Notes under the pieces: generated by a model
What the model was told of the DNA's origin: nothing
The model's input: the letters and a program-made list of their open reading frames with translations, nothing else
Databases searched by the model: none
Assembly: GCA_002269645.1 (NCBI GenBank)
Contig: NIVC01000152.1
Span: 310,001-374,000 of the forward strand
Length of the DNA stretch: 64,000 nt
Reading direction: 5' to 3'
Source of the DNA: Macrostomum lignano
Lineage: Eukaryota
Position numbers and translations under genes: made by a program
In this document: in pieces, positions 10,516-23,805 of the stretch
Layout of the letters: each line of letters starts with the position of its first letter
How positions within the stretch are numbered: position 1 is the stretch's first letter

Positions 10516-11610
10516 CACACTTAAGTCTCTCAACAGTGTCACTCTCAGCGTCTCAATCCTGTCACTCTCAGTGTCTCAATCCTGTCACTCTCAGTGTCTC
10601 AATCCTGTCACTCTCAGTGTCTCAATCCTGTCACTCTCAATGTCTCAATCCTGTCACTCAGTGTCTCAATCCTGTCACTCTCAGTGTCTCAATCCTGTCA
10701 CTCTCAACGTCTCAATCCTGTCACTCTCAGTGTCTCAATCCTGTCACTCTCAGTGTCTCAATCCTGTCACTCTCAGTGTCTCAATCCTGTCACTCTCAGT
10801 GTCTCAATCCTGTCACTCTCAGTGTCTCAATCCTGTCACTCTCAGTGTCTCAATCCTGTCACTCTCAGTGTCTCAATCCTGTCACTCTCAGTGTCTCAAT
10901 CCTGTCACTCTCAGTGTCTCAATCCTGTCACTCTCAGTGTCTCAATCCTGTCACTCAGTGTCTCAATCCTGTCACTCTCAGTGTCTCAATCCTGTCACTC
11001 TCAACGTCTCAATCCTGTCACTCTCAGCGTCTCAATCCTGTCACTCTCAGTGTCTCAATCCTGTCACTCTCAGTGTCTCAATCCTGTCACTCTCAGTGTC
11101 TCAATCCTGTCACTCTCAGTGTCACCCTCGAAAAGTCACAACTGCATCTCTCCTAATGCTTCAGCTTTGTCAGCTGCAGCGTCACTGTCAATTTTCCGTA
11201 TTGCTCGTATTGGTTCGATCCCAGACTCCCCCCTCAACATCACATGATGCCGTACTCGAAACTAGTAGCTGCCTATGACTGCACTGCACTGCACTCTCAG
11301 TGTCTCAATCGTGTCACTCTCAGTGTCTCAATCGTGTCACTCTCAGTGTCTCAATCGTGTCACTCTCAGTGTCTCAATCGTGTCACTCTCAGTGTCTCAA
11401 TCCTGTCACTCTCAGTCTCATATCTGTCACTCTCAGTGTCACCCTCGAAAAGTCACAACTGCATCTCTCCTAATGCTTCAGCTTTGTCAGCTGCAGCGTC
11501 GCTGTCAATTTTCCGTATTGCTCGTATTGGTTCGATCCCAGACTCCCCCTCAACATCACATGATGCCGTACTCGAAACTAGTAGCTGCCTATGACTGCAC
11601 TGCACTGTTT
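10516..11610. repeat. 23-bp minisatellite (CTCAGTGTCTCAATCCTGTCACT) in two blocks, each followed by the same ~170-bp unique tail
   Basis: Arrays at 10516-11122 and 11295-11440. The tails starting GTCACCCTCGAAAAG at about 11121 and 11437 are near-identical. Confidence 0.95.
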
Positions 11611-13835
11611 CGCAGTCCTATGAATCTATACAAATTTAGAATCGAGCGCCGGCCCTATTAAGACTCAAAAACTCTCCAAACGATCATGTTAATGCTGCTG
11701 ATGGCGACCGCTGCTACTGTCCTGTGATCCTGCATGCCCGAGTGCTTCTGCCTGCCCCCCCCCTCCATCCGCTGAGCGCTCAATTCACGAAAAGGAAATG
11801 GGGCGATTCAGCAAGCCTCCCCGCCCCCGTTAGACTTTGAGTCCTAGGGAAAATTGACCATAGAAAAGTCTCAATCCCAATCTAAGATTCGCAATCTCCG
11901 TCGATTTCTTATTCCCATCTGGTAAACATGAGGGGGCGGCGGCAGTTTGTTTCGAGCGCGCACGTCAAAGGTGAACAAGGATGCTGCTGCAGAGCCTTTA
12001 TCGATTCCCGTCCGGCAGGGAGAAAGTTTGTTTATCCCCTTCCCCGCCGCCTACACGGAGACTGGCGCATATATTTATCTCTCTCAAATCTTTCTCTAAC
12101 ATCAAACTTTCGCTATAATTACTTCTGCTTGGGGCTGCGAATTTCCCAGATTTTCTTTTCTGACATTTTGCGGGACACTTCATCTGGGGCTAGTTGGACG
12201 GTTGGGCAGCTGTAGCCAGTGCTATGGGCAGGTCTTAAAGGTCGCAGAACGCACGGAGGGGTCTGATAGTCGTTCATCTCCATACTTAAATGACATATTG
12301 GGCTAGCTTATAGGGGACTAAATTATAAAATCTGGAGTGGTAACAGTCAGTTTGTAGGGGCAGATCAAGGCACCCCACAGATTCTATGCTACCCCTAAAT
12401 GGGCCACTTCAGCCCGAGGGGTTCAGACCATAGACTGTAACTTCTGCAGCTCTCAAGGTGTCTGTGGCCCAAACCCATGCATTAGAATCTGCAAATGCAA
12501 CATTAGATTTGCAGCCGAGCGAGCAGGCAACAGTCGGACCCATTCCCTGAGCCCTGAGCACGAAACACGAATTCGAGGCGCCCACAGATTCCATACGCCC
12601 CTAAATGTTCTACATATGGCAAAGTTCGACTCATTGGTTTTATGAATCTATTTCAACGTCTCTGTTACACAGTCAGCTAAGAATGATAAAATAGATTCAT
12701 AAAACCAATAAATTGAGCCGTGCCATTTTAATGGTTTTTAATTAGACACAGGACATGTACAATTGTACAGCACAATCAAATGATGAAAACTGGGTCTGCC
12801 ACCTTTCGAAAGTACATAATAAAAATTTTTGTGCTGAAAAATGAAAACTGTATTTTTCGAAAAAGCTGCTCCTAAAATTTTCCAAGAAACGCAGTTTCCC
12901 GTCCTTACTTGAGTAGTCCTTGATCGGTAGTCTATGGCATAAACCCCATTCAGCGCTATGCATACTGCTAAGCATACTGAATGCACTAACGATGCGACAA
13001 ATATGACGTTTCTTACCAGTTTAGACCGGCTTCGGGCAAAATTTGCACGACCTTGGCTGCCTTCTGCTTCACACCTGCCCCTAAAAGCAGTCTGATCAAA
13101 ATTTCAACCGATCGATAATGAGCCCCTGCAGACCAATCGAATTCTCTATCATTTTATTTGAGCTGCACTAATCTCGGCTCGTATTAGCCTGGCACTCCCC
13201 TACTCATCCGTCTTCTGGCTGCTGCTGGTGTGAGAAGCCACCGAAAGCAAGTTGAGAGGCGAAGAAAAATAGAGAGAAAAACGATGGAGGGTAGACAGAG
13301 AGTGATGAAGGATAGCAGAAGCTGGGAGGGTTGGACAGGAAAGTGCAAGAAAGAGTGCAGGCTCGCGCCGTATTGAGTCGGGCCTGATGCTGACCTCACG
13401 GCGCAAGATGAAGCGGTGCGCTGGGAGCAGATTCTGGCTGGCAAAAGGCTCACAGCTTGAAGACTTGAAACTCAGCAGGTCCCCAGGCCGGGCGCTGCAA
13501 ATCCAGCTGGCTGTACAGGTTGGTCGAGTGTGGAAATCAATTTCCCAGTGTCCCGGAGAGCCCCATCCAGCAGAACGCCCCGCCCAGCTGAACTATAACT
13601 GGTTTAGAAAAAAAGAGATTTGGCAAGAAAGAAGACTTTCTTGCTAAATTTAAGCGGTGGGCGCTTAAATTCACGCATAAATGGTAGCGACAAAATTCAC
13701 AGTGACGGGCTGCTTATTAATATTTAATCAGGCCTTGTGCGGCCGTCCGCTTGCTTAAAGTGTTTCGCTCGGGCAATCGCTGAGCAGCAACTCGCTGAGC
13801 AGTACGAAGGATGAATAATTCTGTGCTCCAAACAA

Positions 13836-15975
13836 AGTGCTCCAACCAACACACTCCAAGCAGTGCTCCAACCAACAGACACTCCAAGCAGTGCTCCAAC
13901 CAACAGACACTCCAAGCAGTGCTCCAACCAACAGACACTCCAAGCAGTACTCCAAACAACAGACACTCCAAGCAGTGCTCCAAATAACAGACACTCCAAG
14001 CAGTGCTCCAACCAACAGACACTCCAAGCAGTGCTCCAACCAACAGACACTCCAAGCAGTGCTCCAACCAACACACACTCCAAGCAGTGCTCCAACCAAC
14101 ACACACTCCAAGCAGTGCTCCAACCAACACACACTCCAAGCAGTGCTCCAACCAACACACACTCCAAGCAGTGCTCCAACCAACACACACTCCAAGCAGT
14201 GCTCCAAATAACAGACACTCCAAGCAGTGCTCCAACCAACACACTCCAAGCAGTGCTCCAAACAACACACACTCCAAGCAGTGCTCCAACCAACACACAC
14301 TCCTAGCAGTGTTCCAAACAACACACACTAAGCAGTGCTCCAACCAACAGATACTCCAAGCAGTGCTCCAAACAACACACACTCTTAGCAGTGCTCCAAC
14401 CAGCACACTCCAAGCAGTGCTCCAACCAGCACACTCCAAGCAGTGCTCCAACCAACACACTCCAAGCAGTGCTCCAAACAACACACACTCCTAGCAGTGT
14501 TCCAAACAACAGATACTCCAAGCAGTGCTCCAAACAACACACACTCTTAGCAGTGCTCCAAACAACACACACTCTTAGCAGTGCTCCAACCAGCACACTC
14601 CAAGCAGTGCTCCAACCAACACACTCCAAGCAGTGCTCCAAACAACACACACTCCTAGCAGTGTTCCAAACAACAGATACTCCAAGCAGTGCTCCAAACA
14701 ACACACACTCTTAGCAGTGCTCCAAACAACACACACTCTTAGCAGTGCTCCAACCAGCACACTCCAAGCAGTGCTCCAAACAACACACACTCCAAGCAGT
14801 GCTCCAACCAACACACTCCAAGCAGTGCTCCAAACAACACACACTCCTAGCAGTGTTCCAAACAACAGATACTCCAAGCAGTGCTCCAAACAACACACAC
14901 TCTTAGCAGTGCTCCAACCAGCACACTTCAAGCAGTGCTCCAACCAACACACTCCAAGCAGTGCTCCAACCAACACACTCCAAGCAGTGCTCCAAACAAC
15001 ACACACTCCTAGCAGTGTTCCAAACAACAGATACTCCAAGCAGTGCTCCAAACAACACACTCCAAGCAGTGCTCCAACCAGCACACTCCAAGCAGTGCTC
15101 CAAACAACACACACTCTTAGCAGTGCTCCAACCAGCACACTCCAAGCAGTGCTCCAAACAACACACACTCCAAGCAGTGCTCCAACCAGCACACTCCAAG
15201 CAGTGCTCCAAAAACAACACACACTCCAAGCAGTGCTCCAAAAACAACACACACTCCAAGCAGTGCTCCAAAAACAACACACACTCCAAGCAGTGCTCCA
15301 AAAACAACACACACTCCTAGCAGTGTTCCAAACAACAGATACTCCAAGCAGTGCTCCAAACAACACACTCCAAGCAGTGCTCCAACCAGCACACTCCAAG
15401 CAGTGCTCCAAACAACACACACTCCAAGCAGTGCTCCAACCAGCACACTCCAAGCAGTGCTCCAAAAACAACACACACTCCAAGCAGTGCTCCAAAAACA
15501 ACACACACTCCAAGCAGTGCTCCAAAAACAACACACACTCCAAGCAGTGCTCCAAAAACAACACACACTCCAAGCAGTGCTCCAAAAACAACACACACTC
15601 CAAGCAGTGCTCCAAAAACAACACACACTCCAAGCAGTGCTCCAAAAACAACACACACTCCAAGCAGTGCTCCAAAAACAACACACACTCCAAGCAGTGC
15701 TCCAAAAACAACACACACTCCAAGCAGTGCTCCAAAAACAACACACACTCCAAGCAGTGCTCCAAAAACAACACACACTCCAAGCAGTGCTCCAAAAACA
15801 ACACACACTCCAAGCAGTGCTCCAAAAACAACACACACTCCAAGCAGTGCTCCAAAAACAACACACACTCCAAGCAGTGCTCCAAAAACAACACACACTC
15901 CAAGCAGTGCTCCAAAAACAACACACACTCCAAGCAGTGCTCCAAAAACAACACACACTCCAAGCAGTGCTCCAA
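13836..15975. repeat. 24-30-bp minisatellite (CTCCAAGCAGTGCTCCAA core); distal part is a perfect 30-bp array
   Basis: Direct inspection. It generates the many artefactual ORFs in the track. Confidence 0.97.
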
Positions 15976-16556
15976 TCTTCAATTCCAATATTTTTTCAAT
16001 CCTTAATCTGCACAAATTGCAAGCAGGTCTAGCAGAACATAAAAAATGCAGGTCTGATGCAGTGCTAACCTCGCTTGGATGCGTACCACAGCAGAGAACC
16101 AATGGGGTGAGGCCCAGCACCAACGCCTAAACGCCTCACGCCGACAGCAGCCAACCCGCAACCAGAGAAGCCTCATCAACATTGCACTTTTCCTTCCCTA
16201 AGTATTCCCCACTCACTCGCTCGCCCTTTTTCTATTTCTTCCCCCCTTCCCAATCGGCGTCCTCATTCAGGTTTTGTTAACTTTCGCTAGTATAGAAGTC
16301 GCTCGCCCGCCCTCCCTCACCCCTGCTCAGCTCCGGGCACTAGGCAGCATTGGGGCAAATGTTGTAGCCAAGGCTCTGCATATAAATATCATCATCATTC
16401 ATTATATCGAGGTGCACTAGACGTCCAGTCTGAGAACATTTTTTTGCTAGCCAAGCTAAGTTTAACTTTTCCAATGCTGCTACAGACTGCAATTTGTTCT
16501 GATCAATACAGATTTTGATTGTTTAGAGTTCACTGACAGGCCAAGCTATCAGTAGC

Positions 16557-16670
16557 ATGCTTTGCTGCTGCCGCTGCTTTGGCGGCAGCGGCGGCGAGGC
16601 CACCAGGATGCCCAGCAGGACTTTGCCTACTGCGGTGGCCACCATCCCAGTTAATGGCGGTGGCCTATCG
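16557..16670 (+). CDS. Candidate alternative first coding exon of tensin (MLCCCRCFGG...)
   Basis: ATG at 16557, 38 codons, strong donor G|GTGAGT at 16671 in phase 0, compatible with the phase-0 acceptors at 25833 and 26255. The link to tensin is inferred. Confidence 0.45.
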
Positions 16671-16839
16671 GTGAGTGTTGCCATGGAACCTATCGGTAGC
16701 CAGGAGATTGGGAAACTATTTTTTACAACTGGTAAAGGTCAATCTTGGCAAACTGACATTAACCAAATTATTTCGAGTTGTAATTTTTCTAAGCCACGCA
16801 AAAAGCATTCTTGGAAACTATTGCAAAGTTCACACTATC

Positions 16840-17505
16840 TAAACTAGACTGGATTTGCTGTCTCTCTGTTCCCGTCTAAACTAGACTGGATTTGCTGTCT
16901 CTCTGTTCCCGTCTAAACTAGACTGGATTTGCTGTCTCTCTGTTCCCGTCTAAACTAGATTGGATTTGCTGTCTCTCTGTTCCCGTCTAAACTAGACTGG
17001 ATTTGCTGTCTCTCTGTTCCCGTCTAAACTAGACTGGATTTGCTGTCTCTCTGTTCCCGTCTAAACTAGACTGGATTTGCTGTCTCTCTGTTCCCGTCTA
17101 AACTAGACTGGATTTGCTGTTTCTCTGTTCCTGTCTGCTATCCCTCCTTTCCCTGTGTGTGTCTCTGTTCCTGTCTGCTATCCCTCCTTTCCCTATGTGT
17201 CTCTTGGTTCCTGTCTGCTATCCCTCCTTTCCCTGTGTGTCTCTTGGTTCCTGTCTGCTATCCCTCTTTTCCCTGTGTGTCTCTTGGTTCCTGTCTGCTA
17301 TCCCTCCTTTCCCTATGTGTCTCTTGGTTCCTGTCTGCTATCCCTCCTTTCCCTGTGTGTCTCTTGGTTCCTGTCTGCTATCCCTCCTTTCCCTGTGTGT
17401 CTCTTGGTTCCTGTCTGCTATCCCTCCTTTCCCTATGTGTCTCTTGGTTCCTGTCTGCTATCCCTCCTTTCCCTGTGTGTCTCTTGGTTCCTGTCTGCTA
17501 TCTGT
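16840..17505. repeat. Adjacent 37-bp (about 7x) and 40-bp (about 9x) minisatellites
   Basis: TAAACTAGACTGGATTTGCTGTCTCTCTGTTCCCGTC followed by GTTCCTGTCTGCTATCCCTCCTTTCCCTGTGTGTCTCTTG. Confidence 0.95.
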
Positions 17506-17893
17506 TTCCTCTCACATATCAGCGAGTCAACAACGATTATTAGGTCAGCAGGACTGCAAGTTCCTAAATTGTCCCAGCTGAAAGCAGAAAAATCCAGACG
17601 CAGTCTGAATACTTTTTTTCCATTAGGGGAGCCCAGATCATACGGCTGTCGCACAATTCTCTCCTTTTCTACTTTTTTGCTTCGTAGCGAAAGTAGCAGC
17701 CATAGGTGTGCAATGTGAGCCACCTGAGTTGCGGGCCCGTGAGCTGCAGTTTAAATGCATTTCTATAGCTGAATTTTTTTATCAAACTGCTCAGCTGCCG
17801 AGCCCGCTATGTTGAAATGGGATTGAAGCTCTTCCGCACTTGGCTGGTGCACTAATGAGTGTAGGTATGCCTGCTGGGCCTCTGCCTAGCTAG

Positions 17894-17952
17894 CTATCTG
17901 TCTATCTATCTGTCTATCTGTCTATCTATCTATCTATCTATCTGTCTGCCTG

Positions 17953-18043
<91 letters not shown>

Positions 18044-18052
18044 GTCTGCCTG

Positions 18053-18083
<31 letters not shown>

Positions 18084-18128
18084 GTCTGCCTGTCTATCTA
18101 TCTATCTATCTATCTATCTGTCTGCCTG

Positions 18129-18174
<46 letters not shown>

Positions 18175-18175
18175 C

Positions 18176-18270
<95 letters not shown>

Positions 18271-18359
18271 GATCTATCTATCTATCTGCCTGTCTATCTA
18301 TCTATCTATCTATCTATCTATCCATCTATCTATCTATCTATCTATCCATCTATCTATCT
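17894..18359. repeat. (TCTA)n microsatellite
   Basis: Direct inspection. Confidence 0.98.
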
Positions 18360-18727
18360 CAGCAGGATTAGGATCAGTGCTAGTAAATCCAGTGCTATCT
18401 GAAGTGCGCTAACATACTTATCGAATTCTGGGGCACACTTTTTCTATCTATCTGTTCCTTACTGGACTCAGTGACCGTGATGGAGAGCCAGCTTTTGTAT
18501 ATCCTCATATCGCGAGACGGGCAGCTGACCAAACTCATTCATCGGTACCTCTGTGACAGTATTGGACAAAGAGATCTTGACAGATCTTCAGCCTTCCTTC
18601 GCCACTGACTGATTGGTGCAACTGGCAGTCCAGTAAACGAAATATAAAATGCTCCTATAAAAAACTAAATATATTAATAATGTTTATAATTGTAAGCATT
18701 GTAAACGATGCTATCAATGGGACGCAG

Positions 18728-19270
18728 GGACACAGAGTCACTAGAACTGTTCACAATGTCACACACAGAGTCACTAGAACTGTTCACAATGTCACACACA
18801 GAGTCACAAGAACTGTTCACAATGTCACACACAGAGTCACAAGAACTGTTCACAATGTCACACACAGAGTCACAAGAACTGTTCACAATGTCACACACAG
18901 AGTCACAAGAACTGTTCACAATGTCACACACAGAGTCACTAGAACTGTTCACGCTTGTCACACACAGAGTCACTAGAACTTTTCACGCTTGTCACACACA
19001 GAGTTACTAGAACTTTTCACGCTTGTCACACACAGAGTCACTAGAACTGTTCACGCTTGTCACTCACAGAGTCACTAGAACTGTTCACGCTTGTCACACA
19101 CAGAGTCACAAGAACTGTTCACGCTTGTCACACACAAGTCACAAGAACTGTTCACGCTTGTCACACACAGAGTAACTAGAACTGTTCACAATGTCACATA
19201 GTCACTAGAACTGTCCATAATGTCAAAGCATCAGTAGAATTGTTCACAATGTCACACACATCAGTAGAAC
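18728..19270. repeat. 33-bp minisatellite (GTCACACACAGAGTCACAAGAACTGTTCACAAT)
   Basis: About 15 tandem units. Confidence 0.95.
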
Positions 19271-19639
19271 TGCCTGCAATGTCACGCACTATTGAGTTTT
19301 CCCGTCTCCACTATCACAGTGAAGCAAAAATGATTATTTTAAATTTCAATATCTTCCGCAACTTTAAAATTGAACTCAACAGAATTGGCTGGGCAAGTCT
19401 AACGAAGCAGGAGCAATTGAGTCACTTTTTATTACTACAGTAGATCGTCGGAGTGGCCGACTCTCAGAGTTGATGGATCTGACGGATTCGCCCCTGGGAT
19501 GGTGCACTGGGAATTGTGCAGTCACGGTGTGTGCCAACCAACTGTGTTTTTAGTTTGGATTTTTAGTAAGAAAAACCATGGAAGAAATAAAGTGGGGAGT
19601 AGAGAATAAAATTATTGTGTGGTTGCAGTAAGAAGGAGA

Positions 19640-20765
19640 AGATGAGAGGGAGGGAGATGTAGGGAAGAGAGAGAGTGAGAGGGAGGTGTATGGGGAGAGG
19701 GAGAGTGAGAGGGAGATGTATGGGGAGAGGGAGAGTGAGAGGGAGATGTAGGGAAGAGAGAAGAGTGAGAGGGAGGTGTATGGGGAGAGGGAGAGTGAGA
19801 GGGAGATGTAGGGAAGAGAGAGAGTGAGAGGGAGGTGTATGGGGAGAGAAGATTGAGAGGGAGGTGTATGGGGAGAGGGAGAGTGAGAGGGAGATGTATG
19901 GGGAGAGGGAGAGTGAGAGGGAGATGTAGGGAAGAGAGAGAGTGAGAGGGAGGTGTATGGGGAGAGGGAGAGTGAGAGGAAGGTGTATGGGGAGAGAAGA
20001 GTGAGAGGGAGGTGTATGGGGAGAGGGAGAGCGAGAGGAAGGTGTAGGAGAGAGGGAGAGTGAGAGGAAGATGTAGGAGAGAGGTACGGTTAGAGGGAGG
20101 TGTACGGGGAGAGGGAGAGTGAGAGGGAGGTGTATGGGGAGAGGGAGAGTGAGAGGAAGGTGTATGGGGAGAGAAGAGTGAGAGGGAGGTGTATGGGGAG
20201 AGGGAGAGCGAGAGGAAGGTGTAGGAGAGAGGGAGAGTGAGAGGAAGATGTAGGAGAGAGGTACGGTTAGAGGGAGGTGTACGGGGAGAGGGAGAGTGAG
20301 AGGGAGGTGTATGGGGAGAGGGAGAGTGAGAGGAAGGTGTATGGGGAGAGAAGAGTGAGAGGGAGGTGTATGGGGAGAGGGAGAGCGAGAGGAAGGTGTA
20401 GGAGAGAGGGAGAGTGAGAGGAAGATGTAGGAGAGAGGTACGGTTAGAGGGAGGTGTACGGGGAGAGGGAGAGTGAGAGGGAGGTGTACGGGGAGAGGGA
20501 GAGTGAGAGGGAGGTGTATGGGGAGAGGGAGAGTGAGAGGGAGAAGTATGGGGAGAGGTAGAGCGAGAGGAAGGAGAGAGGGAGAGTGAGAGGAAGATGT
20601 AGGAGAGAGGGAGGGTTTGAGGGAGGTGTATGGGGAGAGGGAGAGTGGGAGGGAGGTGTATGGGGAGCGGGAGAGTGGGAGGGAGGTGTATGGGGAGAGG
20701 GAGGTGTATGGGAGAGGGAGGGTGAGAGGGAGGTGTATGGGGAGAGGAAGGGTGAGGGGGAGAGG
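19640..20765. repeat. Purine-rich 30-bp minisatellite (GGGAGGTGTATGGGGAGAGGGAGAGTGAGA)
   Basis: Direct inspection; a higher-order block repeats internally. Confidence 0.95.
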
Positions 20766-21671
20766 CAAAGACACGGAGCTGGAGGTGATTGTATTGAGGG
20801 CAAAAAGAAGATGAGGAGAAGCAGAGGGCGATGAGATAGAGGGGGAGGATATGCAAGAGCTGTATCGGAGACAGAGTCAGTAGGTATCGCATTAGCCAAA
20901 TTGGATGCAGACATAGCCCACATAATCATAGTCCATGTACGCAAGAAACTCTACAGCTATATGTGCAGCAGTGATCGGGCAGGAGTCAGCCGGACACACA
21001 ATCTACTCGCGTTTGAGAAGTCCCTCCGACTGGCCCCGAGGCTGCTCGCATCCGTCCTCCCCGGTCCCCTTACACACCGCTTCAGGACGGGTGGCCGTCA
21101 GCGCTCTTCTTTCGTTTCTTGCGATCCGAGAGAGACTAAGGGGGCGGGCGGTGGGGTCAGCGTCCTTGACTGGAGCTGCTGGGGCCACTAATGAGACGAT
21201 GGAGCGGCCGCCGCCTCCTTCCCCCCAGTCTCCATGTGACCTCCCCTCCAGAGCACATTTCCTCTTTTTTCGGCCGTCGCACGCTTCATCCTTTGGACAG
21301 AGTCTGCCTCTCTCTATTCTCAAAGCTTGGAGATCCGTTCCAGCCAGTGTGGAAGCGGCCACTAAGCCGCATGGATTCTCCCCTTTTACTCCTCGCCTTC
21401 AAATCCCCGTTTTTTGTTGAGTAGCTGAGCAGAAATTTCTGCACGCCGACCGGGATTCGAGGCGTGAGGCGCTGTAAAAGCATGGAGTTCTTTTGAGAGC
21501 GGATTAGGGCACAAGCTGGGGAAGCTGGGGTTGCTTTAGGGAAGGAATGGGAGCTTTTTATTAATCCTACAATGGGCCGAACTGAGTGGCTGGCTCGATC
21601 TCTACTTGACTGTGTCACTTGAAAGACTTGCTTTAGATGTAGGTCTGGGTGCCGATTTTCTGAGGTCTGAC

Positions 21672-22535
21672 AGCTGATTCTGTGAGGTCTGAGTGCTGAT
21701 TCTGTGAGGTCTGAGTGCCGATTCTGTGAGGTCTGAGTGCTGATTCTGTGAGGTCTGAGTGTTGATTCTGTGAGGTCTGAGTGTTGATTCTGTGAGGTCT
21801 GAGTGCTGATCCTATGAGGTCTGAGTGCTGATTCTATGAGGTCTGAGTGCTGATTCTGTGAGATGTGAGTGCTGATTCTATGAGGTCTGAGTGCTGATTC
21901 TGCGAGGTCTGAGTGCCGATGTGTTTTCTGTGCTGATTCCGTCAGGTCTGAGTGCTGATTCTGTGAGGTCTGAGTGCTGATTCTGTGAGGTTTGAGTGCT
22001 GATTCTGTGAGGTCTGGGTGCTGATTCTGTGAGGTTTGGGTGCTGATTCTGTGAGGTCTGAGTGCTGATTCTGTGAGGTCTGGGTGCTGATTCTGTGAGG
22101 TTTGGGTGCTGATTCTGTGAGGTCTGAGTGCTGATTCTGTGAGGTCTGAGTGCTGATTCTGTGAGGTTTGAGTGCTGATTCTGTGAGGTCTGGGTGCTGA
22201 TTCTGTGAGGTTTGGGTGCTGATTCTGTGAGGTCTGAGTGCTGATTCTGTGAGGTCTGAGTGCCGATGTGTTTTCTGTGCTGATTCCGTCAGGTCTGAGT
22301 GCTGATTCTGTGAGGTCTGAGTGCTGATTCCGTCAGGTTTGAGTGCTGATTCTGTGAGGTCTGAGTGCTGATTCTGTGAGGTTTGAGTGCTGATTCTGTG
22401 AGGTCTGGGTGCTGATTCTGTGAGGTCTGAGTGCTGATTCTGTGAGGTCTGAGTGTTTATTCTGTGAGGTCTGAGTGCTGATTCTGTGAGGTCTGAGTGC
22501 TGATTCTGTGAGGTCTGAGTGCTGATTCTGAGGTG
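21672..22535. repeat. 22-bp minisatellite (GATTCTGTGAGGTCTGAGTGCT)
   Basis: About 39 units. Confidence 0.96.
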
Positions 22536-23164
22536 TGAGTGACCTTTCGCACTGCTACCCCTTCGCTTCCCACCCCCTGTGTTCTCAGCAGCTGAGCAGA
22601 GTAAAGCACGAGTCCATCTATCAATCACGATTGCTAAGAATCTCTGCTCTCTGCAATCTTTTAGCAATAATAATTAATAAGCAATATTGGTCAAACTCAG
22701 CTTGGAGTGTTGGCAGTTCGGGGCCTTACAAATCTCTCTGCTGAACTAACAGAAAAGTTCTCAAAGCACGATGCTCATCGCCTCTGATTTCCTCTCTCTT
22801 GGCTCCTGCTCGCTTTCTGTCTCCACGGCCTCATCGCATACTCGAGAAAGTGCATCCCCGATCTCCGCACAGCTGCCTTGGGGTGTCGGGGAAGGGGTTT
22901 CTGAGGCCTAGGGGCTCCGCAACAAACAGAGGGATTTACCTATGCTTAAGTCCTAGCTTGAAGAAGACTGTTGATTGGGCCTGCGACTGTCACCGTTTTA
23001 GGTTAGAAGAAAACGTTTTTTTTCAATTAGTTGCTCGGTCGTTGTGTCTACTGACAAAAGTAGTATTAGTTGAATTCAGTCCAAAATTTTAACGAACGGA
23101 ATGATTTTCTTAACGTTTTTTCGTTGTTCCAAAATTTTTGCTGTACCATTGGAAAAAATATAGT

Positions 23165-23805
23165 TAACAGCTTATCTAACAGCCTATCTAACAACCCAAC
23201 CCAACTAACAGCCTAGCTAACAGCCTATCTAACAACCCAACCCAACTAACAGCCTAGCTAACAGCCTATCTAACAACCCAACCCAACTAACAGCCTAGCT
23301 AACAGCCTATCTAACAACCCAACCCAACTAACAGCCTAGCTAACAGCCTATCTAACAACCCAACCCAACTAACAGCCTAGCTAACAGCCTATCTAACAAT
23401 CTAGCTAACAGCCTAGCTAACAACCCAGCTAACAGTCTAGCTAACAGCCTATCTAACAACCCAGATAACAGCCTAGCTAACAGCCTTGCTACCAGCCTAG
23501 CTAACAGCCTAGCTAACAGCCTAGCTAACAGCCTAGCTAACAATCTAGCTAACAGCCTAGCTAACAACCCAGCTAACAGTCTAGCTAACAGCCTATCTAA
23601 CAACCCAGATAACAGCCTAGCTAACAGCCTTGCTACCAGCCTAGCTAACAGCCTAGCTAACAGCCTAGCTAACAGCCTAGCTAACAGCCTAGCTAACAGC
23701 CTAGCTAACAGCCTGGCTAACAGCCTAGCTAACAGCCTAGCTAACAGCCTGGCTAACAGCCTAGCTAACAGCCTAGCTAACAGCCTGGCTAACAGCCTAA
23801 CTAAC
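23165..23805. repeat. 41-bp units grading into a 12-bp (CTAACAGCCTAG)n array
   Basis: Direct inspection. Confidence 0.95.
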
